Both the position numbers and the translations under genes were made by a program. Below, piece after piece: positions 60,743 to 64,000 of a DNA stretch of 64,000 nt. A model generated the notes under the pieces. It saw nothing but the letters and a program-made list of their open reading frames with translations. It was not told the origin of the DNA and ran no database searches. The DNA lies in assembly GCA_040285825.1 (NCBI GenBank), contig JAUPSS010000004.1, forward strand, positions 1,302,001 to 1,366,000, given 5' to 3'. This DNA comes from Eukaryota sp. TZLM1-RC. Lineage: Eukaryota; Protista; Metamonada: BaSk clade. Positions within the stretch are counted from its first letter, which is position 1. Every line of letters begins with the position of its first letter.

Positions 60743-61021
60743 TTTTTCGATAAATGGAAGATTATCAGTTGAAGCAGAAACTTTTTTGGATGACTTCCAA
60801 AAAATGGTGAAAGAAGAAACAATGAAAAGATTTGATATTTTTTTATGGCGTTCACGGATTCAATTTGCCATTGTTAATACATTACCGCGGTTTTTCAATC
60901 GAATTAGAGAAGCTTTAGCTAGACAGCAAGCAAATCAAGATTTTGTAGAGGAAATCTTGGTTTAATGATAGTCGTCCCATTAGTTATGATTTAATTTAAT
61001 TAAGTGTGCAAATTCAATAAA
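60743..61021 (+). mobile_element. 5'-truncated CRE-like family A copy
   Basis: Matches the last 280 nt or so of the family. Confidence 0.9.
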
Positions 61022-61064
61022 TACGATTTTTATTGAAATAAAATTCAATTATTTGTTGATTTAT

Positions 61065-61634
61065 TTACAATACCTCCCTTCTTAACCGTTCTGCTTTTTC
61101 TTCTAATTCTTTGATGTGTTCAAGGCTTACCCCACCTTTTACTGCCTTTAATGGCTCTTCAATGGGCCTCTTCTTCAACTCCTGTATTTGTTCTTCAATT
61201 GCTGCCTTTTGCATCTCTAAATCATTATATCTTTGTTCAACGCGGCTTAGCTCCTTCAATTTGGAAAGATGTATTTCCTTAATGAAGGATTGAAGTTCCA
61301 GTTCAGCTATCATTTGTTTCTCGATGTTCTTTTTTGCTGAAGAGAAGGCTTCTAGTTGCTCATTGAGACAAATGACTTCTCTTCTTAGAAAAGCATTTCT
61401 AAAGAAATTTCTTTTCTCCAACGTTTGTCTTCTCTCCTGTTCAGATTTGATACTCGCTTTCAACCCACTGATTGCGTCTTCATTCCTGAATTGTTCAGAT
61501 GGATCTGGGAGATGCAGATAATCTGTGTTTCGAAACAGTGTATTATGCATCTCTTCTGGCTTCTTTTTAGACTTCAGATGGTTCTCAAGGAAGGATCTGA
61601 GTTCATGGTCTACGAGGGACATTGGGTGAGACAT
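61065..61634 (-). CDS. Hypothetical coiled-coil protein
   Basis: 189-aa ATG-initiated ORF, E/K/L-rich heptads. Confidence 0.65.
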   Translation of the reverse strand: MSHPMSLVDHELRSFLENHLKSKKKPEEMHNTLFRNTDYLHLPDPSEQFRNEDAISGLKASIKSEQERRQTLEKRNFFRNAFLRREVICLNEQLEAFSSAKKNIEKQMIAELELQSFIKEIHLSKLKELSRVEQRYNDLEMQKAAIEEQIQELKKRPIEEPLKAVKGGVSLEHIKELEEKAERLRREVL

Positions 61635-61792
61635 TACACGAGAATGAACTTTGAGGGTATGTTTACTAGTGGTTACAAGGTTAGCAATAGATATACTCTA
61701 ACATCACATGATATCTACCAATTATTCACCAATTAACTATAAATCTAAATAAATATCAGCACACAACCTATTCTTCATAAATTGCTTTGACA

Positions 61793-62299
61793 ATGCAAAC
61801 AACGCAATCAGAACCTAGCGGTCGAAGATCTTTCCGATCAATACTTTCCATTGGATGTATTATTGGTGGAGCTTTGATGTTTTTGGATTCTCTTCTTGGT
61901 ATTCTCAACATCTTCAATGTGTTTGCAATACGGTTTGTTCAATCGGTCGGCCAAACTTCTCATTCTAGATCTTTCATACTGAATCTCTATGTGGGTCTCT
62001 TTGGTCTACTTATCATACTATGTGAGACACGTATGCTCACCAAGATTGGACTTCGTGCGGTTCTTGAAAACCTCAAGATACTTCAAAGTTCGCGAGGACG
62101 TGCTTTGTTCTACATATTTGCTGGTACACTTGCCTTAGGTTTGCCCAATTCGGAATTATTTACTTTAGATGGAAAAGGTTTGGACTTGGTAGCTGGGATT
62201 TGGATAATTGTTGCTGGTTTTTTGCGATTTTTTTCAAATGAAAAATTTGGTGATGATAAGGAGAGAGTAGTGACCATTGGAATTGAGCAACAGGTATAG
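61793..62299 (+). CDS. COPI-associated / TVP15-like Golgi membrane protein; probable in-frame intron 61933-61968
   Basis: Four hydrophobic segments; LYVGLFGLLIILCE and GRALFYIFAGTL motifs. Confidence 0.75.
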   Translation: MQTTQSEPSGRRSFRSILSIGCIIGGALMFLDSLLGILNIFNVFAIRFVQSVGQTSHSRSFILNLYVGLFGLLIILCETRMLTKIGLRAVLENLKILQSSRGRALFYIFAGTLALGLPNSELFTLDGKGLDLVAGIWIIVAGFLRFFSNEKFGDDKERVVTIGIEQQV

Positions 62300-62892
62300 T
62301 TACCACGTCATTATGAGTCATTGCATTATTGGTGTGAAGAACTAAAAGGTTTAGTATTGTATATTATAATAACTTGTAGATTTACAATTGAAACGACCAT
62401 GAATAGAGCTCAATGTGTTATACACCATTGAAGGAAGAGAGTTATTGTTGCAATCTCGCACAAAGCAGCTTTGCAACAATAAGCAGAGTATCTCAAACCT
62501 AAAGCCAAAACCAAGTCAGAAAATCTTCATAGCTCAACCATATGGACACTTATTTCAGCAGTAGAATGTAGACAATTTGCTGATTATATCTGGTGAGTTC
62601 AAGATGCGTAATTTGTCACAATTATTGACCTTGGTTGAAGATTACAATCAAACTGATGATTTCAATACAACATGACAAGACTCTGCATTAGGTGTTCTTC
62701 ATTAATCATTATGGACTAATAACAGTGGTAATCATTTTATTGATATATTTTTTGAAAAATAATAATTAATTAATGTTGGCGAAGTTGAAGGGGTTGTAGA
62801 ATTGACAAATAAACAGAGTCAAAGAAACGACCTAAAAAAGAGACTTTATAGCAATAAATTACGGATATTTACAAAAAAACTAAATAACCAAA

Positions 62893-63651
62893 CTATAAAC
62901 AATTCTCGAAAGCTTCCCTGGTTAAATCAGGATACAAAACAAAAGGATTAATACTGTCTTGGACATACTGAATCCTTTCGTTACGGAGCTTTTCACCTCT
63001 AAGAGGAGGGAACTGATGATGCCAAGCTAACAAAAGTTTCACGTCGGCTACTTGCTCAATCTTGCATGCTTCAGGATACATTGTGAAAAAGTACAAGATG
63101 GATCTAGCAAGAGGTCCCTTATGTTGGTCACGAGGAGTAAATCCACCATTGGTACCTCTGGAGTATTCCTGGATATGGGACTGAGGAACTTGTTTAGTTA
63201 CCTCAGTATCGATCATCCACTTGTCTGTCTCAGCAATAGATAGGTTTTTGAATGGAAAGTTGGACCTAATGGAGTTGAACTGGGGGTATGATGGGAACAA
63301 GTGGTGAAGATCGCTTACATAAGGATTCTTCTTTTTGAAAAAGCTTTGAGGAACTTGGGTGAGAGAGAACTAATTCATACTGGTATGTTCACAGTTAATA
63401 TTCTTAATGTCAGTACCATTGGTGGGCTTGAAGGGAAAGACTCCTCCGCCATAAACACACTCGACAGTGTTGTCAAAGTTATCAATATAATTGTACATAT
63501 ATTGACGGGCAAGCTTATAACCAAGAGTCTTGTGCTTGCTGTGGTACTTGTCCTTCAATTGTCTACGAAAATCGGAGCATGAATCTGCGACAACTAACGA
63601 TAAACATAGTGCTAGTAATGCACATTGAAGAAAAGATCTACTTAACCGCAT
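62893..63651 (-). CDS. Secreted endonuclease I-family (His-Me finger) nuclease; intron 63354-63380
   Basis: Signal peptide; NCEHT|IPQS, SDLHHLFPS..NSIRSNFPF, KGPLARSILYFFTMY, WHHQFPP..E..RN, NPFV. Confidence 0.85.
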
Positions 63652-64000
63652 GATATGAAAGGGGTAAGTGATAAGAATCCATTTCAAACAAACTGGACCA
63701 TTCAAGAAGATTCTGCAAGAAATTCACGTCTTTTGACATTGATTTCTCATTTATACTTATATCAGATTTTCAATTCAGCAATGTGAGCTCAAATGTTGCT
63801 ATGAATTCGAAATTCTGGATTTAAAATATTTATGAAAATCACTGCAAAATTGTTGACATTATGGATTAAGTCTAACTTAAGGATGATTACCCCCTATAGG
63901 TTTAATGCATTTAATCTTGGTTCTTATAATTTCTGTCTATAGCCTTTGAGAACAGCCATTGTGTTCAAAATTGTTGTGCATAAGTAACCTTTCAGTCTTG

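Noticed and set aside
1-64000. Many short antisense or overlapping ORFs, and any CRISPR or prokaryotic operon reading
   Set aside because: The short ORFs are shadows of real genes or TEs; no repeat-spacer array was seen and introns show the DNA is eukaryotic

Overview
AT-rich eukaryotic (protist-like) genomic DNA, standard genetic code, with very short GT-AG introns (26-36 nt) and heavy retrotransposon content. Host genes: an EGF/CUB-TM-U-box membrane protein, a choline/ethanolamine phosphotransferase, a TmcB/TmcC-like multi-pass protein, ATG18/WIPI, a PDI, a tryparedoxin/nucleoredoxin-like protein, a TVP15/COPI-associated protein, a secreted endonuclease I, RCC1(-LRR) family members, tRNA-Lys(TTT) and two intron-containing tRNA(TTC)-like genes. 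Mobile DNA: (i) a CRE-like non-LTR element with a restriction-like endonuclease, present as a 3.5-kb-period tandem array plus about 11 truncated copies, and remnants of other RLE families; (ii) three distinct LTR elements, each with TG..CA termini and a 4-bp TSD: a full-length degenerate chromodomain Ty3/gypsy (45678-53023), an internally deleted gypsy (3266-5437) and a 1.7-kb non-autonomous element with identical LTRs (35409-37142); (iii) a hAT-like remnant. Most notable: none of the three LTR elements has a canonical tRNA primer-binding site. All three carry the same covarying palindrome/bulged hairpin across the LTR-PBS junction and an ATG inside the 5' LTR, which suggests a tRNA-independent priming or dimerisation mechanism. 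All calls were made by eye; no database searches were run.
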